A DNA stretch of 32,000 nt from Sulfolobus acidocaldarius DSM 639 (GCF_000012285.1 NC_007181.1:2040001-2072000); one strand, 5' to 3'. Shown: positions 16,172-25,819, counted from the first letter of the stretch. Notes: generated by a model from the letters alone, not told the origin. Made by a program: numbers and translations.

Positions 16172-16354
16172 ATTTATATCATACTAAAAAATAAGTTTAA
16201 AAATGTTGGTGAAAATATATTGCGCTATTTTATTACCTTTATAAATTTTACACCAGAATGAAGTTTTTTAACTAGTTTCATAAAAAGCTCGAGACAGGAA
16301 AAACAGTAAGAAGAAAAACACTCTCACTTAAAAAGTAAAAACACGTTCCTTTAG

Positions 16355-18994
16355 CTATGGGAAGTAACTGTATGGTATATACAGTGACAGATATGGTACG
16401 TGTAATGATAGTCCAAGGGCATTAAGAGTCGAGTTGATTAATGTAAGCCTCGAGTTATAGACCGTTGTACTAGATAGATATACGTCAGACCCTGATATTG
16501 TTTGAGTAGAACCCGAGATCGTTGTACCTTGAGAATGCAACTGTGAATTACTTACGCCTATGGTATCACCATTTATGTTACTGTTCATCAAGTAGATCTG
16601 ACTACTGCTTATATTCTGCTGGGAGTTAGATATAGTTGATCCTGTGGCGTTTAATACAGAGCCAGATACGAACTGATTCGAGTTAGATATAGTTGAACTG
16701 ACTATATTTATTGTAGAACCTTGAGCGTTAATCGTAGACCCACTAATGGAGGAGCTTGTTAGGTATACATTCGAATTGGTTATGTATTGTTGTGAATTAG
16801 TTATTTGTGAATTGTAAGCCTGTAAAGTGGAGCCTGAGAGGTATATCTTGGAGCCTGATATTATTGTAACCACATTTAACAGTTTCGAGTTGGATATGTA
16901 AGCGTTAGTGTTTGTTAAGGTCTGCTTTGAGTTTGATACAGTGGTGGATCCTGAAATGTATAACGTGGAGCCCTGAATGTTCTGTGTAGTACTAGTTATT
17001 GTTGAACCTGTGGCGTTTAACGTGCTATCGCTTATGCTAACAGTAGACGAACTTATTGTCGAGCTAGACAAGGATATGAATGAGCCTCCACTTACGGTCT
17101 GAGTTACACCTGAAATGGTTGAGCCTGTAACATATAGTTTTGTACTGCTAAAGACAACATTTCCGCCATTTATCTGAGAGTTACTGAGGTAAATTGTCGA
17201 GCCCTGAATGTTCTGATTACTATTGGTTATTGTTGAACCTGAGGCAGACAGAGTAGACCCTACCATGTTTACGTTCGAAGAGCTTATTTGGGTATTAGTT
17301 AATGACACCATTGAGTTACGTATATTTTGTGTTACTCCCGTAATTGATGAACCACTCAGATAAAGATTAGTCCCTGTAATATTAGCTACTCCACTTCCAC
17401 TACTAGATAATTGCGAATTGGTCAAATAGACTGTTGACGATTGAATATTTTGGTTACAGTTTATTATGGAAGACCCTTGAGCGTTTAGTACAGAGTTGGA
17501 GAGGTAAATGTTTGTAGATGATATTGTGGAATCCACAACACTACTCTGAGAGTTTATGATTTGCATTAATGAGTTCACTATATTTGAGTTGATTATGCCT
17601 ATGTTTGAGTTTGACGTATACAGGTTTGAGTTAGATGACTTCAGAACTACTTGGGAGAATTTTGAATTACTTACATATGCTGTTGAGCCTATGAGGGACT
17701 GAGTTGAACTTAGAATAGTCACGTTATTGGCATTTATAACAGTGCTCTGGGCTGTTATAGTTGAACCAGATATAACAGTATTCTTTAGGTTAACTCCTGA
17801 ACTGTATATATTTTGAACGGAATTTTGTATAACAGTATTCACAGCACTTAAATTGGAGTTCTCAAGAGTTATCTGAGAGTTGTATATTTTCGAGTTAACT
17901 AGATCATTCACAGAATTAGTTATAGTAAAAGTGGAACCGTATAGGTCAGCAACAGCATTCTGAAGGTTAGAGTATATCACCTGAGCTGTGGACGAACTTA
18001 TATTCTGCACAACATTCATCAATGTTGAGTGATCAAGTTTTATGAAAGATTTAGACGCACCGACAAATGTATTAATGATGTTAGTCTTTTCCAAGTTTAG
18101 GGTAGAGGAATCATTGGCATACTGTTTTACGTTTTGTACAGTGGTACCTACTGAAGTTAGGGTGGTGTTTGACAAGTAGAGTGAGTCTCCATCTAGTAAC
18201 CCTCCGTTCGTTAATACTGACGAAGATATAATGCTGATGGAACTATTGTAGAAGTCCACATTATTTAGATAGTTTACAGTATTCCGCAACAGGAAATTAG
18301 ACATATAGAAATTATCATTTGTTAAGTTAAACGTGTCCTTAATATTTGGAACGTTAACTAGGTAAATATCACTAGACGTGATCTGTATGGAGTCATTGAA
18401 GTTAATTGTATTGGTCAAGTATAATTTTGAAGAGTAAACTTTCTGGTCTGACGAGTTTATTGAGGAACCGAACAGTTTTAACTGGCTATTATAAACCGTA
18501 AAAGCATCTCCTATTAATGATGTATTTTGTAGTGTTAAGTTGGATCTTTGGATGTTTTGTATTGAATTCCTTATTGAACTATAATACAAGAACAGACTAT
18601 CGTTGTTCAAGTTAAACTGTGAATTAGCAAAAACTGAATAGTTTGCAATGACTTTAGTGTTATTGAAAACACCCCTAGTAATTGATATTAATGAACCTAC
18701 TTGGACTGCAGTAGAGTTACTAATCCCAAAGCCATCTGCGAATATACTAGAGTTGTAGATGTAAATTTTCACATTTATAAAACTGCTATTGTATGTGTAG
18801 AGTATTGAATTATAAACATATAGTATAGCATTAGTTAACGTTGAGTTGTATAGCCTTTGGACTGAGTTCTTTATGTAGAGTATGGTAATTGGTGTGTTTT
18901 TGGGAGTTTGAGCAGTGGTCATTGTTCCGGCAGATACTAGAGTAATTAGTAATATAAGTCCTATAATTAAACCTAATTTATTTATTTTGTTCAT
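16355..18994 (-). CDS. Large secreted Ser/Asn/Thr-rich repeat protein, beta-solenoid-like, almost free of charged residues
   Basis: An 879-codon open frame carries the signal peptide 'MNKINKLGLIIGLILLITLVSAGT'. The C-terminal two-thirds is built from modules of about 19/38 aa such as 'GSTITNSNQNIQGSTIYLSNSQINGGNVVFSSTKLYVT'. There are dozens of N-x-S/T sequons and no C-terminal TM segment. Confidence 0.6.
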   Translation of the reverse strand: MNKINKLGLIIGLILLITLVSAGTMTTAQTPKNTPITILYIKNSVQRLYNSTLTNAILYVYNSILYTYNSSFINVKIYIYNSSIFADGFGISNSTAVQVGSLISITRGVFNNTKVIANYSVFANSQFNLNNDSLFLYYSSIRNSIQNIQRSNLTLQNTSLIGDAFTVYNSQLKLFGSSINSSDQKVYSSKLYLTNTINFNDSIQITSSDIYLVNVPNIKDTFNLTNDNFYMSNFLLRNTVNYLNNVDFYNSSISIISSSVLTNGGLLDGDSLYLSNTTLTSVGTTVQNVKQYANDSSTLNLEKTNIINTFVGASKSFIKLDHSTLMNVVQNISSSTAQVIYSNLQNAVADLYGSTFTITNSVNDLVNSKIYNSQITLENSNLSAVNTVIQNSVQNIYSSGVNLKNTVISGSTITAQSTVINANNVTILSSTQSLIGSTAYVSNSKFSQVVLKSSNSNLYTSNSNIGIINSNIVNSLMQIINSQSSVVDSTISSTNIYLSNSVLNAQGSSIINCNQNIQSSTVYLTNSQLSSSGSGVANITGTNLYLSGSSITGVTQNIRNSMVSLTNTQISSSNVNMVGSTLSASGSTITNSNQNIQGSTIYLSNSQINGGNVVFSSTKLYVTGSTISGVTQTVSGGSFISLSSSTISSSTVSISDSTLNATGSTITSTTQNIQGSTLYISGSTTVSNSKQTLTNTNAYISNSKLLNVVTIISGSKIYLSGSTLQAYNSQITNSQQYITNSNVYLTSSSISGSTINAQGSTINIVSSTISNSNQFVSGSVLNATGSTISNSQQNISSSQIYLMNSNINGDTIGVSNSQLHSQGTTISGSTQTISGSDVYLSSTTVYNSRLTLINSTLNALGLSLHVPYLSLYIPYSYFP
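16417..17557 (-). repeat. Intragenic degenerate tandem repeats (coding) within the 879-aa ORF; boundaries approximate
   Basis: The exact 17-mer gagccctgaatgttctg occurs at 16968 and 17199. The exact 16-mer gttattgttgaacctg occurs at 16995 and 17226. Both pairs are 231 bp (77 codons) apart. cctgtggcgtttaa occurs at 16641 and 17007, 366 bp (122 codons) apart. Confidence 0.7.
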
Positions 18995-19229
18995 TTCTGA
19001 TTTTAGGTCTTATTTTTAACTTATAAATTTTACTACTGTTCCTAATTCTTTTATTTTTTATTAGAAATATACTTTTACTTTATTCTATTAGTTAAGAAGG
19101 GACAAAATCCGTTACTTAAATATTTTAAACATATTATACATTGTACATTCACTAACTGAATAAATTTTTTCAATTCTCAGAAGGTTATGTACACCTTATA
19201 GAGACTGTTAAACTTATCTTGTGCACCCT

Positions 19230-19847
19230 TTAAACTTGAATTCTTGCATTTATTTTCCTTGCAACGTCTGCGAATATAAGAGCAGTATTAGTATATTTTC
19301 CTAGTTCTGACAGGGAGCCCTTCTTAATTTTTATTATACCACCTAACAGCGCCAATGATGCGTCCAGTTTTCCCTCAATTATTTTAACCCAATCTTGATA
19401 TCTAGCCTCGAGTATGACATCTGCACTTACATTTAGTATATCTACATAGAATTCGGTTGCGACACATTTTCCCTTATCTAGAATCAATTTTACAGCTCCA
19501 GAGCTCGAATTATTAATATATCCGTTCTTAATATCTTCTGGTAATTTCCTTCCTGTAATATTTTCCAATGCCTCCATAACAATTTTCCTATCTTCAGGTG
19601 GTACTGTTGGTGACAGTAACTCAGTTGCCTGCCTAATCAAGTCTTCATTTAGAACACCTAGAGAAATAGCTACACCCTTTACTACAGCAGCCCTTACATT
19701 CTCTGGCGCTTCTACTCCGACAAACAGAATTGAGTTCCATTTAATGTTCCTTGCTCCCTCTAAAAATTGCTTATTTTCATTTAATGACCTACAAAACTCT
19801 TGAGCCCATTCCTTGCTGGGAAACAAAAGTTTATTCTCCTCTCCCAT
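19230..19847 (-). CDS. SCP2 (sterol-carrier-protein-2)-like lipid-binding domain protein, paralog A
   Basis: The C-terminal 'YQDWVKIIEGKLDASLALLGGIIKIKKGSLSELGKY' matches the SCP2 signature (W..i..Gkl....A.m.Gklki.G.....l). It is homologous along its length to the ORF at 23298..23792, apart from an insertion of about 40 aa. Confidence 0.65.
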   Translation of the reverse strand: MGEENKLLFPSKEWAQEFCRSLNENKQFLEGARNIKWNSILFVGVEAPENVRAAVVKGVAISLGVLNEDLIRQATELLSPTVPPEDRKIVMEALENITGRKLPEDIKNGYINNSSSGAVKLILDKGKCVATEFYVDILNVSADVILEARYQDWVKIIEGKLDASLALLGGIIKIKKGSLSELGKYTNTALIFADVARKINARIQV

Positions 19848-19996
19848 ATTATATCAGTGTGATTTCAATAAATAAATATATATAAAAATCTTTTCTAAAA
19901 ACATTAAAATTATGCCTTATAATTCATTTGTCTTTGTAGATATAACGATACCAAAAGGCTTATATTTGATCAGTAATGAAGAATTAAAAGATAAAA

Positions 19997-21196
19997 ATGG
20001 TTTTACCATTTAACACATTGGAAGTGTACAATGTAAAGGTCTCAGAGAATCATGAACTCTTCAGAAAGGCAGTGAGAGAGTTCATGGAAAGAGATGTAGC
20101 GCCAATTGTGGAAAAAGGTGAAAAGGAAGGAAAAGTTCCTGAGAACGTCTTAGAGAAAGCTAAGGAATTAGGATTGTTTGGAATAAGCGTTCCTCAGGAA
20201 TACGGAGGACAAAGTGGAGACATGTTAATGAGCACAATAGCCGTAGAGGAAATGTCGAGGGTCTGGCCTTCCTTTACGGCGAGAGTAACAGTAGGGAACC
20301 TGTTCATGACTCCAATACTACTATTTGGTAGTGAGGAGCAGAGGAAGAAATATGTTACACCTGTTGCGAGGGGAGATAAGGTAGCTGCATTTGCAAATAC
20401 TGAACCACAAGCAGGAAGTGATGTTGCAGGAATACAGTCCACAGCAAAGAAAGTAGATGGTGGATATGTTTTAAACGCAAGGAAGATATTCATCACCAAT
20501 GGTGGTATTGCTGATTACTATGTTGTCACTGCAAGGACTTCACCACCTGAACCAAATGCGAGGTGGAAGGGAATATCAATGTTCATAGTAGAGAGAGAAT
20601 GGAAAGGAGTAAAAGTACTAAACAGAATTGAGACCCTAGGTTTAAGGGCATCTAATACTGCTGAGCTAGCATTTGAGGAAGTTTATGTTCCCCAAGAAAA
20701 CTTAGTAGGAGAGGAAGGCTCTGCATTTAAGTACGCAATGACGACCTTTGATGTTTCGAGAGTTGGTGTTGCTGGACAAGCCTTAGGTGTTGCCCAAGCT
20801 GCATTGGAGAAGATGACAAACTACTCAGTGCAGAGAAGTGCTTTCGGCTCTCCACTTTTAGGATTCCAGATGGTTCAAGAGAAAATAGCAGAAACATTAA
20901 CAGAAGTAAACGCAGCAAGACTATTAACATACTGGGCTGCGTCTCTCATAGACCAACGCAAAGTAGACGAGGGAATAGTTGCCGCATCTATGGCTAAGTA
21001 TTTTGCAACTGAGGTTGCAGAGAGGGCTGCCATAAGGGCTATAACTGTACACGGTGGATATGGTGTAGCAACTTCGACTGGTGTCGAGAGACTACTTAGA
21101 GACGTTGAGGTCATGAAGATTTATGAAGGGGCAAACGATATACAGAAATTAGTCGTATTAAAGGAGACAGCTAGAAGACTTCTAAAAGTGCTTTAA
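19997..21196 (+). CDS. Acyl-CoA dehydrogenase (FAD-dependent)
   Basis: The 399-aa size is typical for ACADs. 'AFANTEPQAGSD' and 'FITNGG' are present, and the C-terminal 'IYEGANDIQ' holds the catalytic Glu (YEGTxEIQ-type). Confidence 0.9.
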   Translation: MVLPFNTLEVYNVKVSENHELFRKAVREFMERDVAPIVEKGEKEGKVPENVLEKAKELGLFGISVPQEYGGQSGDMLMSTIAVEEMSRVWPSFTARVTVGNLFMTPILLFGSEEQRKKYVTPVARGDKVAAFANTEPQAGSDVAGIQSTAKKVDGGYVLNARKIFITNGGIADYYVVTARTSPPEPNARWKGISMFIVEREWKGVKVLNRIETLGLRASNTAELAFEEVYVPQENLVGEEGSAFKYAMTTFDVSRVGVAGQALGVAQAALEKMTNYSVQRSAFGSPLLGFQMVQEKIAETLTEVNAARLLTYWAASLIDQRKVDEGIVAASMAKYFATEVAERAAIRAITVHGGYGVATSTGVERLLRDVEVMKIYEGANDIQKLVVLKETARRLLKVL

Positions 21197-21220
21197 ACGC
21201 TTTATATACCAATTCCTCAG

Positions 21221-21226
21221 TTTTTT
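21221..21226 (+). terminator. Oligo-T tract downstream of the acyl-CoA dehydrogenase; candidate archaeal terminator
   Basis: A T6 run starts about 25 nt after the stop at 21196, within a pyrimidine-rich stretch (cagttttttattcctatcttcttttt). Confidence 0.3.
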
Positions 21227-21331
21227 ATTCCTATCTTCTTTTTAATTTATTGACGAAAAAAGCAACTTTTTAAAGGAGTTAAAGTTATTAGCCATTTTAC
21301 CATCCTTAAATCGAAAAGAGGTAGAATAAGT

Positions 21332-23251
21332 GTGAAAGTAGTTGTAATAGGTTCTGGAGAGATGGGACATGGAATAGCTGAAGTAATGGCGATATATAAA
21401 AACGAAGTTACCCTAGTGGATATAAAAGACGAGATACTGGACAAGGCAATCTCTAAGATTAGGGAGAGTTTAGATAGGTTAAAGAAGAGGGGCTCAATTG
21501 AAGAGGAGCCCGAGGATATACTAAAGAGGATAACAAAGTCAATAAACCTTGAAGAAGCAGTTAAAGACGCTGATCTTGTAATAGAGGCAGTTCCTGAAAT
21601 AGTCGACCTAAAACAGAACATTTTCAAGCGACTAGATCAATTCACAAAGCCAGATGCTATTCTCGCTACTAATACGTCAAATATTAGGATTAGTGAGATC
21701 TCTAAATTTGTGAATAAGAAGGATAGAGTAGTTGGAATGCACTTCTTCAACCCACCGGTACTTATGCAGTTGGTTGAAATAATAAAAGGACCAGATACCA
21801 GTCCTGAAGTGGTTCAGAAGCTCTACGAAATAACTAAACAGATCGGTAAAACACCTGTAATCGTGAATAAAGATACTCCAGGATTTATAGTGAATAGGAT
21901 CAATGCAGCTGAAAGCTTATTCATCTGCCTAGTTTTACAAAAGGGTATTAATTATGAGGAAGTGGACGCTTACTTCAGATCTCTAGGTCTACCCATGGGA
22001 CCTTATGAGCTAATGGATTATGTTGGATTAGACATTGTAGCCCATAGCCTAGAATATTTTGCAAAAGAAATATCTCCTGAATATGGGAAATGTACAAAGA
22101 TTAAAGAGATGGTAAATAACGGACTGTTGGGAAGGAAAAGTGGAAGAGGATTTTACGATTGGACTAAGGGGAGACCCCAGATTAATGCTAAGCAAAATCC
22201 AATAATTGATGTGAATGACTTGCTAGCAATAGACATAAATGAAGCCTCAAAATTACTCGAGGATAATGTCGCTACACCAAATGACATTGAAACGGCAGTA
22301 AAGTTAGGTATGAACAGACCCTTCGGTCCAATAACTGTAGCTAAAAGTGCAGATTTAAATGATGTGAAGAGCAGACTTGAAAGAATATCAAGTGAATACG
22401 GAATTACAATTTTCCAACCAACGGACTCCATAAAGACAGGTAAACTCAAGGAACTACTTGAGGGCGAGAAAAAGGAGGAGAAGAAGGAATTTGAAACACT
22501 CAACGTGAGCAAGGAAGGAAAGGTTGCTATTGTTAAGCTGAATAGACCTAAGTTGAACTTGATAAATTACACCCTGCTGGACGAACTGGATAGATTACTG
22601 ACAGAACTCTGGAATGACAGATCAATTAATGTGATCTTGATCACTGGAGAAGGACAAAACTTCTCAGGCGGTGCAGAGCTCTCTGCCCCTATCACAGATC
22701 AAGTACAATTCCTTGAGTTAGTGAGGAAAGGAGAGAGGACTTTCAAGAGGTTAACTGAGATTCCTAAGATCGTCATTGCATTTGTTAAAGGCTATGCTCT
22801 AGGGGGAGGCTTTGAGTTATCTTCCTACTGTGATCTACGAATAGCAACTGAGAATGCTGTGTTTGGTTTCCCTGAGACTGGTTTGGGTTTAGTACCAGCA
22901 TGGGGAGGTACTCAGCGACTGCCTAAATTAATTGGAATTTCCAGGGCTATGTATCTAATACTTACTGCCCAAAGAATATCCGCAAAAGAAGCACTAGAGT
23001 ATGGTTTGGTTAATAAGATAGTTAAGGACGAAAATGAAGCATTAGAGTTTGCAAAGGACCTGTCTGAGAGAATAGCACCTATTTCTGCCATGTTGGCTAA
23101 AAGGTTAATTAACAGGGGTAGTGAGGTACCAATTGATGTAGGTCTAGAGATGGAATCCATAGCGGGAGGATTACTATTTACAACTGAGGATTTAAAGGAG
23201 GGAATTGTAGCCTTCTTCTCAAAGAGAAAACCAGAGTTTAAAGGAAAATAG
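21332..23251 (+). CDS. Bifunctional 3-hydroxyacyl-CoA dehydrogenase (N-terminal) / enoyl-CoA hydratase (C-terminal), paralog B
   Basis: The GTG start is preceded by GAGGT. Motifs are the 'VVVIGSGEMGHGIAE' Rossmann fold, 'ITGEGQNFSGGAEL', 'GGGFELSSYCD' and 'FGFPETGLGLVPAWGGTQRL' (crotonase). Confidence 0.85.
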   Translation: MKVVVIGSGEMGHGIAEVMAIYKNEVTLVDIKDEILDKAISKIRESLDRLKKRGSIEEEPEDILKRITKSINLEEAVKDADLVIEAVPEIVDLKQNIFKRLDQFTKPDAILATNTSNIRISEISKFVNKKDRVVGMHFFNPPVLMQLVEIIKGPDTSPEVVQKLYEITKQIGKTPVIVNKDTPGFIVNRINAAESLFICLVLQKGINYEEVDAYFRSLGLPMGPYELMDYVGLDIVAHSLEYFAKEISPEYGKCTKIKEMVNNGLLGRKSGRGFYDWTKGRPQINAKQNPIIDVNDLLAIDINEASKLLEDNVATPNDIETAVKLGMNRPFGPITVAKSADLNDVKSRLERISSEYGITIFQPTDSIKTGKLKELLEGEKKEEKKEFETLNVSKEGKVAIVKLNRPKLNLINYTLLDELDRLLTELWNDRSINVILITGEGQNFSGGAELSAPITDQVQFLELVRKGERTFKRLTEIPKIVIAFVKGYALGGGFELSSYCDLRIATENAVFGFPETGLGLVPAWGGTQRLPKLIGISRAMYLILTAQRISAKEALEYGLVNKIVKDENEALEFAKDLSERIAPISAMLAKRLINRGSEVPIDVGLEMESIAGGLLFTTEDLKEGIVAFFSKRKPEFKGK

Positions 23252-23297
23252 AACTTTTTTGATAATTTTTTAGATAAAAAATAAGAAAATAAAAACC

Positions 23298-23792
23298 TTA
23301 AGCTAATATCTTGGACTTTATTTTCCTGCTCATGTTCGACATTATAACTGCAGCATTGGTGTATCTAGCCAACTCTGTTAAACTACCTTTCTTAATCTTT
23401 ATTGAACCTCCCAATAACGCGACAGTAACGTCTAATTTACCTTGGATGATCTTTAACCAAGTATCGTAAGGAGCCTCTAATATCAGTGAACCCACAACCT
23501 TTGACATGTCCGTATGAAACTCCGTGCCTAAACATCTACCCTCTTTAATGTTTAGTTTTATTGCACCAGCAGTTGAGTTAAAGTCTACCGAATCAGCTTT
23601 AGCTTCTCCCTTCTTGTACATCTCTATTAGTGTCGCTCTTACTTTTTCAGGAACATTTGTCGATACTAGAACCACAGAGTCCCATGGTGCAGTCTTAGAG
23701 GCTTCATAGTACTCTTTACTTCCGTTAAGTAGTTTACACCACTCATCTGCCCATTCCTTACTTGGAAATAGATACTCTTGTGTTTGAGACAT
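23298..23792 (-). CDS. SCP2-like lipid-binding domain protein, paralog B
   Basis: 'YDTWLKIIQGKLDVTVALLGGSIKIKKGSLTELARY' matches the SCP2 signature. The N-terminus 'LFPSKEWADEWCKLLN' parallels paralog A ('LFPSKEWAQEFCRSLN'). I prefer the ATG at 23792 (MSQTQEY) over the track start at 23840. Confidence 0.65.
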   Translation of the reverse strand: MSQTQEYLFPSKEWADEWCKLLNGSKEYYEASKTAPWDSVVLVSTNVPEKVRATLIEMYKKGEAKADSVDFNSTAGAIKLNIKEGRCLGTEFHTDMSKVVGSLILEAPYDTWLKIIQGKLDVTVALLGGSIKIKKGSLTELARYTNAAVIMSNMSRKIKSKILA

Positions 23793-23981
23793 GTTCAAGA
23801 TATATAAATACATATTCTTATAAAAAATTTGTCCTAACATTAATTAATCAATACAAGAAAATTAGGTGGACTGGAGTAAAGACAGAAATAAAGGAAATAT
23901 TCCTTAATTTTTATTGACTAATAAATATTAAACGATTTTTCAAAAAAATTTTTATATCAGGATTTTAAAGATATATCGTTA

Positions 23982-23990
23982 GAGGAGGTG
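23982..23990 (+). promoter_or_regulatory. Strong Shine-Dalgarno sequence (GAGGAGGTG) for the R2lox-B gene
   Basis: GAGGAGGTG ends 8 nt upstream of the TTG start at 23999. TATA-like tracts lie further upstream (about 23949-23977). Confidence 0.5.
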
Positions 23991-23998
23991 CGTTTTTA

Positions 23999-25036
23999 TT
24001 GGATAAACCAGTAGAAATAACCCCAGACGGTAAGGTAGTTAGGAAAAGCTACTCTTCAGTAAAGAAGGGAATAGATTGGAACTCTTACCCCATGAGATTA
24101 TGGGCAAAATCTAATGAACTATTCTGGTCTCCGTTACAATTTAAGGAACTAATACAACAGGACAAGCAAGATTGGGAGACAATGAGTGAATCAGAAAGGG
24201 AGATATCTGAATACATTGCAACAGCGTTTTCCGCAGGAGAGGAGGCAGTATCTAGATATTTAGCGGAGCTAGTAATAGCTTTAGATGAGTTAGGATACAC
24301 TGAAGAAGTATTATTCCTTAATCAATTCCAGCAGGAGGAAACCAGACATACAGATGCTTTTAGGAGGTGGATGGACTCCATAGGTATGGATAAGGACACT
24401 GAGAAATGGACCACAGAAATTAATCCATCTTACTATGAGCTTTTCTACGTTGCATTACCCTCAGCCGCTTATGGAGTTAAGGCAAATCCATCTCCAGAGA
24501 GTATATTAAGATTTACTGCTACATATATGTTCTCGATAGAGGGTATAGCTGCAGAAACTGGATTTTACTTCTGGAGAACTATGTGGGAAAGGGGTAGACA
24601 TCTAAAAGGTATTTACGAGATTGTGAAAAGAGTAGCCGCTGATGAGTCTAGACATTTAGCGTTTGGGACTTACCTTACAACTATGCTAATAGGTGAAGAC
24701 CAATCCCTATACGATAAATTCTTAGAGTACTTCAATTATGCAGGTGGTTTAGCTGTAAGGCTGATTGGAACAATAGTGGAGCAACAGGTAAACAAATGGG
24801 AACCATACAAGGAGAAATGGGGAAGATATTTCGAATGGGTATATAAGGAGAACGGTCTAGGTTCACTGGTAGATTACGCTGCAAAAATGGTCCAGCACAG
24901 GCTATTCTACGTAAATAGGCTAAGGAACGCTAATAGAGAGAAGCTAAGATACATGCCATTAAACGAAGCTGCTCCAGTGATAGAGAACTTCGATACTGTA
25001 GAGAAATACCTTACTCCTCAGTATGATCCCGAATAG
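23999..25036 (+). CDS. R2-like ligand-binding oxidase (R2lox)-type di-metal carboxylate protein, paralog B
   Basis: TTG start. The ligand set is 'AGEEA' (E81), 'QEETRH' (E114/H117), 'SIEGIAAETGF' (E181) and 'ADESRH' (E216/H219). Phe121 sits at the radical-Tyr position. V84 and Y176 (E-5) are present. By eye it is only distantly related to paralog A. Confidence 0.75.
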   Translation: MDKPVEITPDGKVVRKSYSSVKKGIDWNSYPMRLWAKSNELFWSPLQFKELIQQDKQDWETMSESEREISEYIATAFSAGEEAVSRYLAELVIALDELGYTEEVLFLNQFQQEETRHTDAFRRWMDSIGMDKDTEKWTTEINPSYYELFYVALPSAAYGVKANPSPESILRFTATYMFSIEGIAAETGFYFWRTMWERGRHLKGIYEIVKRVAADESRHLAFGTYLTTMLIGEDQSLYDKFLEYFNYAGGLAVRLIGTIVEQQVNKWEPYKEKWGRYFEWVYKENGLGSLVDYAAKMVQHRLFYVNRLRNANREKLRYMPLNEAAPVIENFDTVEKYLTPQYDPE

Positions 25037-25116
25037 AAAAATTCATTTTTATAATAGAATTTTTTCTCTTAAACCTTAAGTAATATTTATTACCATAACA
25101 AATTATACTTAATTTC

Positions 25117-25809
25117 ATGCTAAAAAGAATCTTCAAAATGAGTACTGAAGATTCTCCTATAAGTGAAGTAAATCCATTAAAATTGCTTCCACCAATTACA
25201 GAGGAGAAATATAATGACTATGATGGAATAGGGCTCTTGAGTATTAAGAGGTTCTCATTACTTTACACCATTTCATTTTTTGTAATCATAGCAGGATTAT
25301 TAGGAACATTGACATCAATTCCAGCCTTTCCCACACCCTTATTTTTCATAATACCTGTGGTCTCATTAATCTTCGTTATAATTACGGCTATAGGATTTCT
25401 CCTAGGTACAGCGTCAATAAACGTCCTGAGTATAGGATTGACAATCTTAGGCAAGATAAAGAAGGATTATAATAGCAGATTAGTGGAGTTTTCGATCTTA
25501 ACTCCATTAGTAACAGGTATAGGTCTATTAGTCTTCTTAATACTGGGCTTGTTAGGATTAAACCCAGTCCCAGTGTTAGAACTAAATATTGTAATGGCTA
25601 TAATAGGAATTGCTATAGCTGTATTCTTCATAGGAATGATAGCAGCGGCAATAAAGATGTGGAAGCTGGGGAAAAGGTACGAGAGCTGGGGTTTGAGAAT
25701 AGGTGGAATTTTCCTTTTCCTTCTCCCTCCTTTAGGTGGAATATTAACATACATTTTTTCAAGTAGAGCAGCTAAGAAGGTAAAAAGAACCGATTGCTTC
25801 CTTGCTTAG
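25117..25809 (+). CDS. Polytopic integral membrane protein, function unknown
   Basis: There are five to six hydrophobic segments, for example 'ISFFVIIAGLLGTLTSI', 'LFFIIPVVSLIFVIITAIGFLLG', 'LVTGIGLLVFLILGLLGL', 'IVMAIIGIAIAVFFIGMIAAAI' and 'IGGIFLFLLPPLGGILTYIF'. A TATA-like box lies about 30 nt upstream of 25117. An alternative ATG lies at 25138. Confidence 0.6.
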   Translation: MLKRIFKMSTEDSPISEVNPLKLLPPITEEKYNDYDGIGLLSIKRFSLLYTISFFVIIAGLLGTLTSIPAFPTPLFFIIPVVSLIFVIITAIGFLLGTASINVLSIGLTILGKIKKDYNSRLVEFSILTPLVTGIGLLVFLILGLLGLNPVPVLELNIVMAIIGIAIAVFFIGMIAAAIKMWKLGKRYESWGLRIGGIFLFLLPPLGGILTYIFSSRAAKKVKRTDCFLA

Positions 25810-25813
25810 GTGA
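25808..25813 (+). promoter_or_regulatory. Shine-Dalgarno sequence (AGGTGA) for the CoxG-like gene; indicates an operon-internal start
   Basis: AGGTGA lies 6 nt upstream of the ATG at 25820 and overlaps the stop of the membrane-protein gene. Confidence 0.5.
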
Positions 25814-25819
25814 TAGAAG

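Noticed and set aside
13621-18994. The exported-protein block as a horizontally acquired island or mobile element splitting the lipid cluster
   Set aside because: I could find no integrase, transposase, tRNA attachment site or flanking direct repeats by eye. A composition shift cannot be evaluated without computation, so the idea remains unsupported.
16355-18994. The 879-codon low-complexity ORF as a spurious frame through repetitive non-coding DNA
   Set aside because: The frame is uninterrupted for 2.6 kb in AT-rich DNA. It begins with a convincing signal peptide, and all verified repeat offsets are multiples of 3. Its composition matches extracellular proteins of acidophiles.
21247-21627. 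126-aa minus-strand ORF covering the promoter and 5' end of the second dehydrogenase/hydratase fusion gene
   Set aside because: It is antisense to the Rossmann-fold N-terminus of a well-supported gene, has a low-complexity Ser/Ile/Leu composition, and is unsupported.
25263-25754. Two minus-strand ORFs (63 and 95 aa) antisense to the membrane-protein gene
   Set aside because: The plus-strand frame gives regular TM helices and fits the operon spacing and SD of the next gene. The antisense ORFs have no such support.
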